Shown: in pieces, positions 11,601-26,600 of the stretch
How positions within the stretch are numbered: the first letter of the stretch is position 1
Layout: every line of letters starts with the position of its first letter
DNA from: Macrostomum lignano
Lineage: Eukaryota
Assembly: GCA_002269645.1 (NCBI GenBank)
Contig: NIVC01003562.1
Coordinates: 27,137 to 91,136 of the forward strand
Direction: 5' to 3'
Length of the DNA stretch: 64,000 bases
Translations under genes and position numbers: made by a program
The notes under the pieces: model-generated
The model's database searches: none
The model's input: only the letters and a program-made list of their open reading frames with translations
What the model was told of the DNA's origin: nothing

Positions 11601-14600
11601 TATGGAGAGCGGATTTGAGGGGCGGATTATGGGGGGAGGGTAGATCATGGAGGGCGGATTTGAGGGGCGGATTATGGGGGGAGGGTAGATCATGGAGGGC
11701 GGATTTGAGGGGCGGATTATGGGGGAGGGTAGATCATGGAGGGCGGATTTGAGGGGCGGATTATGGGGGAGGGTAGATCATGGAGGGCGGATTTGAGGGG
11801 CGGATTATGGGGGGAGGGTAGATCATGGAGGGTGGATTTGAGGGGCGGATTATGGGGGGAGGGTAGATCATGGAGGGTGGATTTGAGGGGCGGATTATGG
11901 GGGAGGGTAGATCATGGAGGGCGGATTTGAGGGGCGGATTATGGAGGGAGGGTGGATCATGGAGGGCGGATTAGAGGGGCGGATTATGGGGAGAGCGGAT
12001 TTGAGGAGCCAATTTTTTAACGGAGATATAAGAAATTTCGTGACGACTTTGACGCGGAGGGGGGGGCAGATTGAAAGGGCAGATATTCGTAGGTAGACCG
12101 GAGTCGAAAAGACGGAGACCAAGAGGTATGCTATATTAAAAAGCCACACAAATAATAATTCTTACACTCTGATGATCCAAATGCATATGAGACACACAGA
12201 TAGCTTTGATAGATTTCAGCACCCTCTGGCAGTCGGCTTCGCCGTAAAAGTTCATCAGTTGCAGAAGGGTGCCCTCGCCGCAGTCTAATAGAATCTTGGT
12301 GGTCTCGCTGAAATATGAGCATAGATATCCGATGCATCGTGTGCATGGCAGACGAGGAAGTCACGACCTGTACTATACATCCTGTGCGCCAGTTAGCAAA
12401 CCCATTTATCTACCAATCCGCCTACCTACCTGTCTATTCACCAATTTGATACCTACCTGCTTATCTACCAATCTGCCTACCTACCTGTTTATCTACCAAT
12501 CTGCCTACCTACCTGTTTATCTACCAATCTGCCTACCTGCCTGTTTATCTACCAATCTGCCTACCTACCTGCTTATCTACCAATCTGCCTACCTACCTGT
12601 TTATCTACCAATCTGCCTACCTACCTGTTTATCTACCAATCTGCCTACCTACCTGTTTATCTACCAATCTGCCTACCTAACTGTTTATCTACCAATCTGC
12701 CTACCTACCTGTTTATCTACCAATCTGCCTACCTACCTGTTTATCTACCAATCTGCCTACCTGCCTGTTTATCTACCAATCTGTCTACCTACCTGTTTAT
12801 CTACCAATCTGCCTACCTACCTGTATATCTACTAATCTGCCCACCTAGCAATTTATCTACTAATCTGGCTCTATCTGTTTATCTACCCGTTAACACTTCA
12901 ATAAACAATCAAACTATTTTAACCCTACCTGACGTGCAGCAAAATGGCCGAAACATTCCTATACTTGGACGGATTAGAAGAAGCTGTGCCGATGAACTGC
13001 AGCCAAGGATAGCATCTGGTGGTAGCGTCACTGTCATCCCTGACTCCGTAATCCGCCTTGAACTCTAACAATTTCTCGTTAAACTCCTGCCTAGTGATGT
13101 GAATTTCGTTATCCTCGAATATCTTCTCTCGCATTGCCGCTTCGGTGAATGCCAAGCATTTTGCCGAACTGTTTGCGGTTGCTATGGCAACTGCGGTGGC
13201 TATGTTGCGATCGACGCTGGTAGATTGGTAATTGAAGCCGATTGGCGGCCGAATCAGGTATTCCTGAGGGCGGAGTTGGGAATTCACGTCTGTCAGATGG
13301 GGATCCAAGCTTAAATCTCGATACCATCAAAATTTGATAATATTGTCTAAAAATCAAGTGTTTCTTTATAAGTTCGAATCTTTACAGATTTGAATCTTCA
13401 CAGTATAGAATATTCACAGGTTCGAATATTCACAAGCTCAAATCTTCACAGGTTAGAATCTCCACAAATTTGAATATTCATATGTTTGAATCTTTACAAG
13501 TTCGAATCTTCACAAGTGTGAATCTTCACAAACTCGACTTTTTTCACAGGTTCGAATCTTCACAAACTCGACTTTTTCACAGGTTCGAATCTTCACAAAC
13601 TCGACTTTTTTCACAAGTGTGAATCTTCACAAACTCGACTTTTTCACAGGTTCGAATCTTCACAAACTCGACTTTTTTCACAGGTTTGAATCTTCACAAA
13701 CTCGACTTTTTCACAGGTTCGAATCTTCACAAACTCGACTTTTTTCACAGGTTTGAATCTTCACAGATTCGACATTTCACAGGTTTGAATCTTTACAAAC
13801 TTGAATCTTCACAGGTTTGAATCTTCGCAAGTTTGAATCTTCACAAATTCGAATCTTGACAAATTCGAATCTTGACAAATTCGAATCTTCACAAATTCGA
13901 ATCTTTACAAGCTCGAATCTTCAGAAATTCGAATTTTTACAGGTTCGAATCTTCACAAAGAAAATTTCTACATATTCCAAACTTCAAATTCACTAATAGA
14001 GCAATAAATATAGCGTATCCCAACCTGAAATATGGCGCAACTGGTGGCCGAGCTGGGAAAATCCGCCAAGCTTTCAGTGTTGGTCGACGCAGCGGCGGAA
14101 GCGCTGGAGGAGGAAGACAAAGTAGCCGAGCCCGAATTATTTGGAGTTTTTGATTCGTCACCCTGTAAGATTAAGATAATTAAATAGCAGATTAACTACA
14201 CGACACTAATGTCTATGACTCCTGACACATTGTTAACCTACACCTGAAACTAATGTCTATGACTCCTGACACATTGTTAACCTACACCTGACACTAATGT
14301 CAATGACTCCTGACACATTGTTAACCTACACCTGACACTAATGTCTATGACTCCTGACACATTGTTAGTATACACCTGACACTAATGTCTATGACTCCTG
14401 ACACATTGTTAACCTACACCTGACACTAATGTCTATGACTCCTGACACATTGTTAATCTACACCTGAAACTAATGTCTATGACTCCTGACACATTGTTAA
14501 CCTACACCTGACACTAATGCCTATGACTCCTGACACATTGTTAACCTACACCTGACACTAATGTCTATGACTCCTGACACATTGTTAACCTACACCTGAC

Positions 14601-17600
14601 ACTAATGTCAATGACTCCTGACACATTGTTAATCTACACCTGACACTAATGTCTATGACTCCTGACACATTGTTAACCTACACCTGAAACTAATGTCTAT
14701 GACTCCTGACACATTGTTAATCTACACCTGACACTAATGTCTATGACTCCTGACACATTGTTAACCTACACCTGACACTAATGTCTATGACCCCTGACAC
14801 ATTGTTAATCTACACCTGACACTACAGTCAATGACTCCTGACACATTGTTAATCTACACCTGACACTAATGTCTATGACCCCTGACACATTGTTAATCTA
14901 CACCTGACACTAATGTCTATGACCCTGACACATTGTTAACCTACACCTGACACTAATGTCTATGACCCTGACACATTGTTAACCTACACCTGACACTACA
15001 GTCAATGACTCCTGACACATTGTTAACCTACACCTGACACTAATGTCTATGACCCTGACACATTGTTAACCTACACCTGACACTACAGTCAATGACTCCT
15101 GACACATTGTTAACCTACACCTGACACTAGTGTCTATGACCTTGACACATTGTTAACCTACACCTGACACTACAGTCAATGACTCCTGACACATTGTTAA
15201 CCTACACCTGACACTAGTGTCTATGACCTTGACACATTGTTAACCTACACCTGACACTAATGCCTATGACTCCTGACACTTTGTTAACCTACACCTGACA
15301 CTAATGTCTATGACTCCTGACACATTTTGTGACGAAACCAGCTATAGCTATAATAATATACTCACCTGCCTCTCCATGAAGCGGTGCCCATACAACAAGG
15401 GAAATATGCTGCTATCAAGCGAATTAAGCATCAGCTGACTCTGATGAGCCGCATAGAGCGCAGGGATGCGGCTTTGACCGTCCAAGACGATGTGCTTCGC
15501 ATTCGAGTTAAGCGGCGACTTGCGAAAGCTGGAAGGGAAAAATTAGGAAACAATTCGAGGTCATGTACTACTGCCACAAATATGCTTTTTATATAGCGTT
15601 GTTGGCGCTGCCTAAGACTCTTCAAAATGGCACCTCTAGATTTACTATGACTAATTAGACATTTTTTAGCCATATTAGACACCTCAGACCGCCATCAGAC
15701 ACCTCAGACCGCCATCAGACACCTCAGACCGCCATCAGACACCTCAGACCGCCATCAGACACCTCAGACCGCCATCAGACACCTCAGACCGCCATCAGAC
15801 ACCTCAGACCGCCATCAGACACCTTAACCCGCCATCAGACACTTCAAACCGCCATCAGACACCTCAGACCGCCATCAGACACCTCAGACCGCCATCAGAC
15901 ACCTTAAAGTGCCATCTGACACCTTAAAGTGCCATCGGACACCTCAAAGTGCCATCAGACACTTTATAGCGCCATTAGACACCTTATAGCGCCATCAGAC
16001 ACCTCAGACCGCCATCAGACACCTCAGACCGCCATCAGACCGCCATCAGACACCTCAGACCGCCATCAGACACCTCAGACCGCCATCAGACACCTCAGAC
16101 CGCCATCAGACACCTCAACCCGCCATCAGACACCTCAGACCGCCATCAGACACCTTAAAGTGCCATCTGACACCTTAAAGTGCCATCGGACACCTCGAAG
16201 TGCCATCAGACACTTTATAGCGCCATTAGACACCTTATAGCGCCATCAGACACCTCAGACCGCCATCAGACACCTCAGACCGCCATCAGACACCTCAGAC
16301 CGCCATCAGACACCTCAGACCGCCATCAGACACCTCAGACCGCCATCAGACACCTCAGACCGCCATCAGACACCTCAGACCGCCATCAGACACCTCAGAC
16401 CGCCATCAGACACCTCAGACCGCTATCAGACACTTCAGACCGCCATCAGACACCTCAGACCGCCATCAGACACCTCAGACCGCCACCACACACCTCAGAC
16501 CGCTATCAGACACTTCAGACCGCCATCAGACACCTCAGACCGCCATCAGACACCTCAGACCGCCATCAGACACCTCAGACCGCCATCAGACACCTCAGAC
16601 CGCCATCAGACACTTCAGACCGCTATCAGACACCTCAGACCGCCATCAGACACCTCAGACCGCCATCAGACCGCCATCAGACACCTCAGACCGCCATCAG
16701 ACACTTCAGATCGCCATCAGACACCTCAGACCGCCATCAGACACCTCAGACCGCCATCAGACACCTCAGACCGCCATCAGACACCTCAGACCGCCATCAG
16801 ACACCTCAGACCGCCATCAGACCGCCATCAGACACCTCAGACCGCCATCAGACACTTCAGACCGCCATCAGACACCTCAGACCGCCATCAGACACCTTAA
16901 AGTGCCATCTGACACCTTAAAGTGCCATCGGACACCTCGAAGTGCCATCAGACACTTTATAGCGCCATTAGACACCTTATAGCGCCATCAGACACCTCAG
17001 ACCGCCATCAGACACCTCAGACCGCCATCAGACACCTCAGACCGCCATCAGACACCTCAGACCGCCATCAGACACCTCAGACCGCCATCAGACACCTCAG
17101 ACCGCCATCAGACACCTCAGACCGCCATCAGACACCTCAGACCGCTATCAGACACCTCAGACCGCCATCAGACACCTCAGACCGCCATCAGACACCTCAG
17201 ACCGCCATCAGACACCTCAGACCGCCATCAGACACCTCAGACCGCCATCAGACACCTCAGACCGCCATCAGACACCTCAGACCGCCATCAGACACCTCAG
17301 ACCGCCATCAGACACCTCAGACCGCCATCAGACACCTCAGACCGCCATCAGACACCTCAGACCGCCATCAGACACCTCAGACCGCCATCAGACACCTCAG
17401 ACCGCCATCAGACACCTCAGACCGCCATCAGACACCTCAGACCGCCATCAGACACCTCAGACCGCCATCAGACACCTCAGACCGCCATCAGACACCTCAG
17501 ACCGCCATCAGACACCTCAGACCGCCATCAGACACCTCAGACCGCCATCAGACCGCCATCAGACACCTCAGACCGCCATCAGACACTTCAGACCGCCATC

Positions 17601-20600
17601 AGACACCTCAGACCGCCATCAGACACCTCAGACCGCCATCAGACACCTCAGACCGCCATCAGACACCTCAGACCGCCATCAGACACCTCAGACCGCCATC
17701 AGACACCTCAGACCGCCATCAGACACCTCAGACCGCCATCAGACACCTCAGACCGCCATCAGACACCTCAGACCGCCATCAGACACCCCAGACCGCCATC
17801 AGACACCTTAAAGTGCCATCTGACACCTTAAAGTGCCATCGGACACCTCAAAGTGCCATCAGACACTTTATAGCGCCATTAGACACCTTATAGCGCCATC
17901 AGACACCTCAGACCGCCATCAGACACCTCAGACCGCCATCAGACACCTCAGACCGCCATCAGACACCTCAGACCGCCATCAGACACCTCAGACCGCCATC
18001 AGACACCTCAGACCGCCATCAGACACCTCAACCCGCCATCAGACACCTCAGACCGCCATCAGACACCTTAAAGTGCCATCTGACACCTTAAAGTGCCATC
18101 GGACACCTCAAAGTGCCATCAGACACTTTATAGCGCCATTAGACACCTTATAGCGCCATCAGACACCTCAGACCGCCATCAGACACCTCAGACCGCCATC
18201 AGACACCTTAACAGTAGGAATACCAAGCCATTTTTCCGCCCGTCGAACTACCAAGGGGGGGGGGAAATTTCCCCCCCCCCTGACAAATTTTTTTGCTGCG
18301 CCGGAACGGAGCAACGCAGACACACAAAATTCAAGAACACGGGCTAACTTTTTGTTGCGCACCTTCTCAAACAAGAATCAAGTCGCCAGCCCTCCGGACC
18401 GTCGAGATATTCGACGATTCTGCCAGAAGGTCGGATTTTTCCCATAAGCGCTAGTGTATTCAGTACACCCCTGTGCGCCAATCAGCACTGCGCCTCAGTG
18501 CAGCCTTGCCAAGTCTCCAAAGTTCATCAGCACGTCGACCACATGTGTCTGCATCAGCTCTGACTTCGTTGGTCACTAGCCTTCACCCAGGCGGAGCTTC
18601 TGGACCTTCAACAGGTGGCACCAAGTGACTATGGACACTCTGATACGAATTTCTCGAGTTTCGCTGATCAAGCCTCGACAGTGGGCATACCTCAACTGCT
18701 AGGTATCCTCAGCTAGTCTCTCGAGCCTTCCATCATCACCCCGACGCCGTCGGCACCTTCAACGGATTACACCAGGTGACTATGAACACCCTGATGCAAA
18801 TTTCTCTAGTTTCGCTGATCAAGCCTTGCCAATGGGCAAGCCTCAACCGCGAAACATCTTCAGCTAGTCTCTCAAGCATTCAGTCATCACCCCGACGCCG
18901 TCGGCACCTTCAACAGATGACACCAGGCGACTATGAACACCTTGATGCGAATTTCTCTAGTTTCGCTGATCAAGCCTCGACAGTGAGCAAGCCTCAACTT
19001 CTGGACACCCTCAGCTAATCTCTCAAGCATTCAGTCATCACTCGGACGCCGTCGGCACCTTCAACAGATGACACCAGGCGACTATGAACACCTTGATGCG
19101 AACTTCTCGAGTTTCACCGATCAAGCCTCGACAGTAGGCAAGCCTCAACTGCCGGACACCCTCAGCTAGTCTCTCAAGCATTCCGTCATCATCCCGACGT
19201 CGTCGGCTCCTTCAACAGATTACAACAGGTGACTATGAACATCCTATTGCAAATATGTCAGGTTTTTCTGATCAAGCTTCAATATTGGGCAAACCTCAAC
19301 TGCTGGACATCCTCAGCTAGTCTCTCAAGCATTCCGTCATCATCCGGACGCCGTCGGCTCCTTCAACAGATTACAACAGGTGACTATGAACATCCTATTG
19401 CAAATATGTCAGGTTTTCTGATCAAGCTTCAATATTGGGCAAACCTCAACTGCTGGACATCCTCAGCTAGTCTCTCAAGCATTCCGTCATCATCCGGACG
19501 CCGTCGGCTCTTTCAACAGATGACACCAGGGGAGTAAGGACACCTGAGCGTGATTTTTCATCATGCTCTTAACATTTCTGAAGCTCTCAAAATTTATAAA
19601 GCACGGACATTGCTATAGTTAAGCTTGAACTCATGCTGCTGTATATTTATATTATTATTACACATACTTTTATGCATACGAGCTACATACATATTTTATT
19701 CGAAAAGCTGCTTAGTTTATTCAGCTATAATATTGAACCCAATGCAGAAAGGGTTATGCTTTTAAAAAGCCAGTAAATTCAGTCGGTTTTTTCATTTTTT
19801 AATGATTCAGAAATGTTAAGAGCATGATGAAAAATCACGCTCACGTGTCATTACTCCCCTGGTGCCACCTGTTGAAGGTGCCGACGGCGTCGGGGTGATG
19901 ACGGAATGCTTGACTGACTAGCTGAGGATGTCCAGCAGTTGATTTTTGCCCACTATCGAGGCTTGATCAGCGAAATTAGAGAAATTATTATCAGGCTGTC
20001 CATAGTCAGCTGGTGTAATCTGTTGAAGGAGCCGACGACGTCGGGATGATGACGGAATGCTTGAGAGACTAGCTGAGGGTGTCCGGCAGTTGAGGCTTGC
20101 CTACTGTCGAGGCTTGATCGGTGAAACTCGAGAAGTTCGCATCAAGGTGTTCATAGTCGCCTGGTGTCATCTGTTGAAGGTGCCGACGGCGTCCGAGTGA
20201 TGACTGAATGCTTGAGAGATTAGCTGAGGGTGTCCAGAAGTTGAGGCTTGCTCACTGTCGAGGCTTGATCAGCGAAACTAGAGAAATTCGCATCAAGGTG
20301 TTCATAGTCGCCTGGTGTCATCTGTTGAAGGTGCCGACGGCGTCGGGGTGATGACTGAATGCTTGAGAGACTAGCTGAAGATGTTTCGCGGTTGAGGCTT
20401 GCCCATTGGCAAGGCTTGATCAGCGAAACTAGAGAAATTTGCATCAGGGTGTTCATAGTCACCTGGTGTAATCCGTTGAAGGTGCCGACGGCGTCGGGGT
20501 GATGATGGAAGGCTCGAGAGACTAGCTGAGGATACCTAGCAGTTGAGGTATGCCCACTGTCGAGGCTTGATCAGCGAAACTCGAGAAATTCGTATCAGAG

Positions 20601-23600
20601 TGTCCATAGTCACTTGGTGCCACCTGTTGAAGGTCCAGAAGCTCCGCCTGGGTGAAGGCTAGTGACCAACGAAGTCAGAGCTGATGCAGACACATGTGGT
20701 CGACGTGCTGATGAACTTTGGAGACTTGGCAAGGCTGCACTGAGGCGCAGTGCTGATTGGCGCACAGGGGTGTACTGAATACACTAGCGCTTATGGGAAA
20801 AATCCGACCTTCTGGCAGAATCGTCGAATATCTCGACGGTCCGGAGGGCTGGCGACTTGATTCTTGTTTGAGAAGGTGCGCAACAAAAAGTTAGCCCGTG
20901 TTCTTGAATTTTGTGTGTCGGCGTTGCTCCGTTCCGGCGCAGCAAAAAAATTTGTCAGGGGGGGGGGAAATTTTTCCCCCCCCCCTTGGTAGTTCTACTG
21001 TTAAAGTGCCATCTGACACCTTAAAGTGCCATCGGACACCTCAAAGTGCCATCAGACACTTTATAGCGCCATTAGACACCTTATAGCGCCATCAGACACC
21101 TCAGACCGCCATCAGACACCTCAGACCGCCATCAGACCGCCATCAGACACCTCAGACCGCCATCAGACACTTCAGATCGCCATCAGACACCTCAGACCGC
21201 CATCAGACACCTCAACCCGCCATCAGACACCTCAGACCGCCATCAGACACCTTAAAGTGCTATCTGACACCTTAAAGTGCCATCGGACACCTCGAAGTGC
21301 CATCAGACACTTTATAGCGCCATTAGACACCTCAGACCGCCATCAGACACCTCAGACCGCCATCAGACACCTCAGACCGCCATCAGACACCTCAGACCGC
21401 CATCAGACACCTCAGACCGCCATCAGACACCTCAGACCGCTATCAGACACCTCAGACCGCCATCAGACACCTCAGACCGCCATCAGACACCTCAGACCGC
21501 CATCAGACACCTCAGACCGCTATCAGACACTTCAGACCGCCATCAGACACCTCAGACCGCCATCAGACACCTCAGACCGCCACCACACACCTCAGACCGC
21601 TATCAGACACTTCAGACCGCCATCAGACACCTCAGACCGCCATCAGACACCTCAGACCGCCATCAGACACCTCAGACCGCCATCAGACACCTCAGACCGC
21701 CATCAGACACTTCAGACCGCTATCAGACACCTCAGACCGCCATCAGACACCTCAGACCGCCATCAGACCGCCATCAGACACCTCAGACCGCCATCAGACA
21801 CTTCAGATCGCCATCAGACACCTCAGACCGCCATCAGACACCTCAGACCGCCATCAGACACCTCAGACCGCCATCAGACACCTCAGACCGCCATCAGACA
21901 CCTCAGACCGCCATCAGACCGCCATCAGACACCTCAGACCGCCATCAGACACCTCAGACCGCCATCAGACACCTTAAAGTGCCATCTGACACCTTAAAGT
22001 GCCATCGGACACCTCGAAGTGCCATCAGACACTTTATAGCGCCATTAGACACCTTATAGCGCCATCAGACACCTCAGACCGCCATCAGACACCTCAGACC
22101 GCCATCAGACACCTCAGACCGCCATCAGACACCTCAGACCGCCATCAGACACCTCAGACCGCCATCAGACACCTCAGACCGCCATCAGACACCTCAGACC
22201 GCCATCAGACCGCCATCAGACACCTCAGACCGCCATCAGACACTTCAGACCGCCATCAGACACCTCAGACCGCCATCAGACACCTCAGACCGCCATCAGA
22301 CACCTCAGACCGCCATCAGACACCTCAGACCGCCATCAGACACCTCAGACCGCCATCAGACACCTCAGACCGCTATCAGACACTTCAGACCGCTATCAGA
22401 CACCTCAGACCGCCATCAGACACCTCAGACCGCCATCAGACCGCCATCAGACACCTCAGACCGCCATCAGACACTTCAGATCGCCATCAGACACCTCAGA
22501 CCGCCATCAGACACCTCAACCCGCCATCAGACACCTCAACCCGCCATCAGACACCTCAGACCGCCATCAGACACCTTAAAGTGCCATCTGACACCTTAAA
22601 GTGCCATCGGACACCTCAAAGTGCCATCAGACACTTTATAGCGCCATTAGACACCTTATAGCGCCATCAGACACCTCAGACCGCCATCAGACACCTCAGA
22701 CCGCCATCAGACACCTTAACCCGCCATCAGACACTTCAAACCGCCATCAGACACCTCAACCCGCCATCAGACACCTCAGACCGCCATCAGACACCTCAGA
22801 CCGCCATCAGACACCTCAGACCGCCATCAGACACCTCAGACCGCCATCAGACACCTCAGACCGCCATCAGACACCTCAGACCGCCATGAGACACCTCAGA
22901 CCGCTATCAGACACTTCAGACCACTATCAGACACCTCAGACCGCCATCAGACACCTCAGACCGCCACCAGACACCTCAGACCGCTATCAGACACTTCAGA
23001 CCGCCATCAGACACCTCAGACCGCCATCAGACACCTCAGACCGCCATCAGACACCTCAGACCGCCATCAGACACTTCAGACCGCTATCAGACACCTCAGA
23101 CCGCCATCAGACACCTCAGACCGCCATCAGACCGCCATCAGACACCTCAGACCGCCATCAGACACTTCAGATCGCCATCAGACACCTCAGACCGCCATCA
23201 GACACCTCAGACCGCCATCAGACACCTCAGACCGCCATCAGACACCTCAGACCGCCATCAGACACCTCAGACCGCTATCAGACACTTCAGACCGCCATCA
23301 GACACCTCAGACCGCCATCAGACACCTCAGACCGCCACCACACACCTCAGACCGCTATCAGACACTTCAGACCGCCATCAGACACCTCAGACCGCCATCA
23401 GACACCTCAGACCGCCATCAGACACCTCAGACCGCCATCAGACACCTCAGACCGCCATCAGACACCCCAGACCGCCATCAGACACCTCAGACCGCCATCA
23501 GACACCTCAGACCGCCATCAGACACCTCAGACCGCCATCAGACACCTCAGACCGCCATCAGACACCTCAGACCGCCATCAGACACCTCAGACCGCCATCA

Positions 23601-26600
23601 GACACCTCAGACCGCCATCAGACACCTCAGACCGCCATCAGACACCCCAGACCGCCATCAGACACCTCAGACCGCCATCAGACACCTCAGACCGCCATCA
23701 GACACCTCAGACCGCCATCAGACACCTCAGACCGCCATCAGACACCTCAGACCGCCATCAGACACCTCAGACCGCCATCAGACACCTCAGACCGCCATCA
23801 GACACCTCAGACCGCCATCAGACACCTCAGACCGCCATCAGACACCTCAGACCGCCATCAGACACCTCAGACCGCCATCAGACACCTCAGACCGCCATCA
23901 TACATCTCATGACGCCATTAAAAACTATATATGGTCTCATTTAGGCACCCAAAACAGTAGAAAATGCCAAACCAAACTCACAGATCGATGACAGCTCGAT
24001 ACTGATTGGACTGCAGCACCGAAGGCTCGGCTAAGTGTACAACTAGGTCGATTTCGGCAGCGCTGCAATTAGCATCGGCACTGCCAGCTCCGCAAATCCA
24101 AGACTTCAACCGGTAGTTTAAGGCCAGCTGGGCCGCGATTTCAGCGGTGGCGCAGTCCAGGATTAGAATTGATTTTGACTGAGCCGGATGAATTAGCAGT
24201 TCGTTTCCGTCAATCTGATAGTGTGTCCGAGAGTGTCCGAGTTGGAAGTATGAGATGTAAAATATTCGAGTTTCGGATATTTATAGTATGATTTTAGGGG
24301 ATATTGTGTCTGAGTTTAGGGGATATTGTGTCCGAGTTTAAGGGATTATAGTGTCCGAGTTAAAGGGATTATAGTGTCTGAGTTTAGAGGACTATAGTTT
24401 CCCAGTTTAGAGGATTATAGTGTCCTAGTTTAGGTGAAATAGTGTCCGAGTTTAGGTGATATAGTGTCCGAGTTTAGGTGATATAGTGTCCGAGTTTAGG
24501 TGACATAGTGTCCGAGTTTAGGTGACATAGTGTCCGAGTTTAGGTGATATAGTGTCCGAGTTTATGTGATATAGTGTCCGAGTTTAGGTGACAGTGTCCG
24601 AGTTTAGGTGATATAGTGTCCGAGTTTAGGAGATTATAGTGTCCGAGTTTAGGGGATTATAGTGTCCGAGTTAAAGGGATGTGTCCGAGTTTAGGCGCTA
24701 CTGTGTCGAAGTTTAAGGAATTATAGTGTCTCGAGACCGAGTTAGGGGATATTGTGTCCGAGTTTAGGATATAGTGTCCAAATTTTGGGACACGTGTCCG
24801 AGTTTTAGGATTATAGTATCTGTAGTGCGCTTGTGTGCTGAGAAAATCATGGTCTCATGGACCGTATATTTGAGCTACTATATAGTATCACTGCCGACGT
24901 GCGGCTACAATGTTACGCAATAGTTGAGGGACAAGTGGCAGTGCACGTTGGTCGAGAGGGCCATGGTTAGTCATCACAGAAGAGTACTAGTAAAGGCATA
25001 GATTGGGCGTACACTACATCTCTCCCCCAACCAAAAAGGTACAAAGTCTGTAATTCGATTAACGGAGATTAACGGAACGAGATTTCGGAACAGTTGTGTT
25101 AGTTTGCCGTTGAGTGCAATTTACGTATGCATGTACATGTGATAATTAGTAGTCTGCAGTCTGCAGTTAGTAGGATGAGGCTCCGTTTCGCTGGCCTTGT
25201 GGTTTGCTGACGTGCTGTCGTGGGGCCAGTGGACCTCCCAAATGCCGTCGCACCCTTCGGTCGCCTGGCGGAGCGCCGATCGAAATTAGCGGCGTGCGCC
25301 GTCTGGTCACCAGCTTCCAGCCGGGCTCGGACGGCTGCTGAACGTCTGCTGTGTCTGCCGGCCGGCCGGCTGAGAGCGTCTCGCTCGCGCCAACGCCTCC
25401 GATGTCCTGGCGCTGGCGTCTCCTTGACACAGCCGCCTGCGCCTGCCGCGCCATGCCAGGCCACCAGAATTTCCTTCTCAGCCGGTCGATGGCCTTCCTC
25501 CTGCCAAATTGACCCTGGTGGGCTCAACTGACGGTCTGCTGCTGAAGCGCTGCGGGTACAACGATTCTGTTGTCCCTGAGCAGCACGCCGTCACGCACTT
25601 GGAGCTCATCCTTGAGCGAGTGGAAGCTGCCGGCCTGGGCTGTAGCGCCGGAGCGCCAGTTGCCAGTTGCCAACGCCTGCATGACGAAGGTCAGAGCCGG
25701 GTCCCCCGCTGTGGCATCGCGGACGCTCTTGATGGTCGGGCCTTCCGGTGCGGACTTGACGGAGTTGAGCTGCTGCAGCGGTACGTTGTCCTGGACTGGT
25801 TGCGCGTTTAGAGAATCGCTCAGACTTGTTGTCTCTCTGGCCGGTGCGCGGGCCTGCGTCCCCAGACTCAGCAGCTGCAGGGATGTCGAGGTTGCACGGC
25901 CGAGCACGCTGGTGCCGGTCCCTGGGACGATGATGAAGCTGGCGCGCCGGACCATTGAGCCAACCGAAACCTGCAGGCTGCAGGCTCCCACAGTGCGCAG
26001 AGGTTTAGCTGATCGAAATGAGAAAATCTTCTTTGTCGTCGGCTGCAGGCCTGGGGGTCCCGGGAGCTCTCGCCAGGCTGCCTCGGTGAGGATGTTACAG
26101 TCGGCTCCGCTGTCCACCAGCACCTGCACTGGAGTCGCTTCTACCAGCACCGTGGCAAGAGCCACTGTTGCGTTCTTGTCGGAGGCCATCACGGTCAGGC
26201 AGAAGACGTCGTCCTCTTCGCCCGAACTGTCGCTGCCGACCCGCAGAGCTCGCACGTCCTCCGGCCGGGACAGGCAGGCCTTGGCGAGGTGATTCGGCTT
26301 GCCGCATCGGTTGCAGGTCTTGCCTAACGCTGCGCTGCAGCTGCGGTGGCCGAAGTTGCCGCAGTGGATGCACTTTGGCTGCGTGCGATCGGCTGCCTGC
26401 GTGGCTGATCTCTGCGGCTGCTCTGGCGGGCTGGACTCGCGCTTCCGCAACCGCTGCACGGTCGCTGCGCTGGTCTCCATGAGGCTGGCCTGCGCCTCCG
26501 CTGCCTCCATGGCCCTGGCCACCCGGACCGCCTGGGCCAGGTCCACGTTGTCCATGGCCAGCAGCTTCCTGCGGAGCTGCTCGGAGCTGCAGCCGGCGAT

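Noticed and set aside
13370-13960. Heat-shock-element-like GAAnnTTC array
   Set aside because: Only two adjacent pentamers match, the third is usually imperfect, and the match follows trivially from the repeat unit.
15929-23944. Long ORFs of [19 protein letters not shown] repeats (up to 447 aa)
   Set aside because: They are translations of the stop-free 20-bp satellite inside an ELAC2 intron, open in several frames at once.
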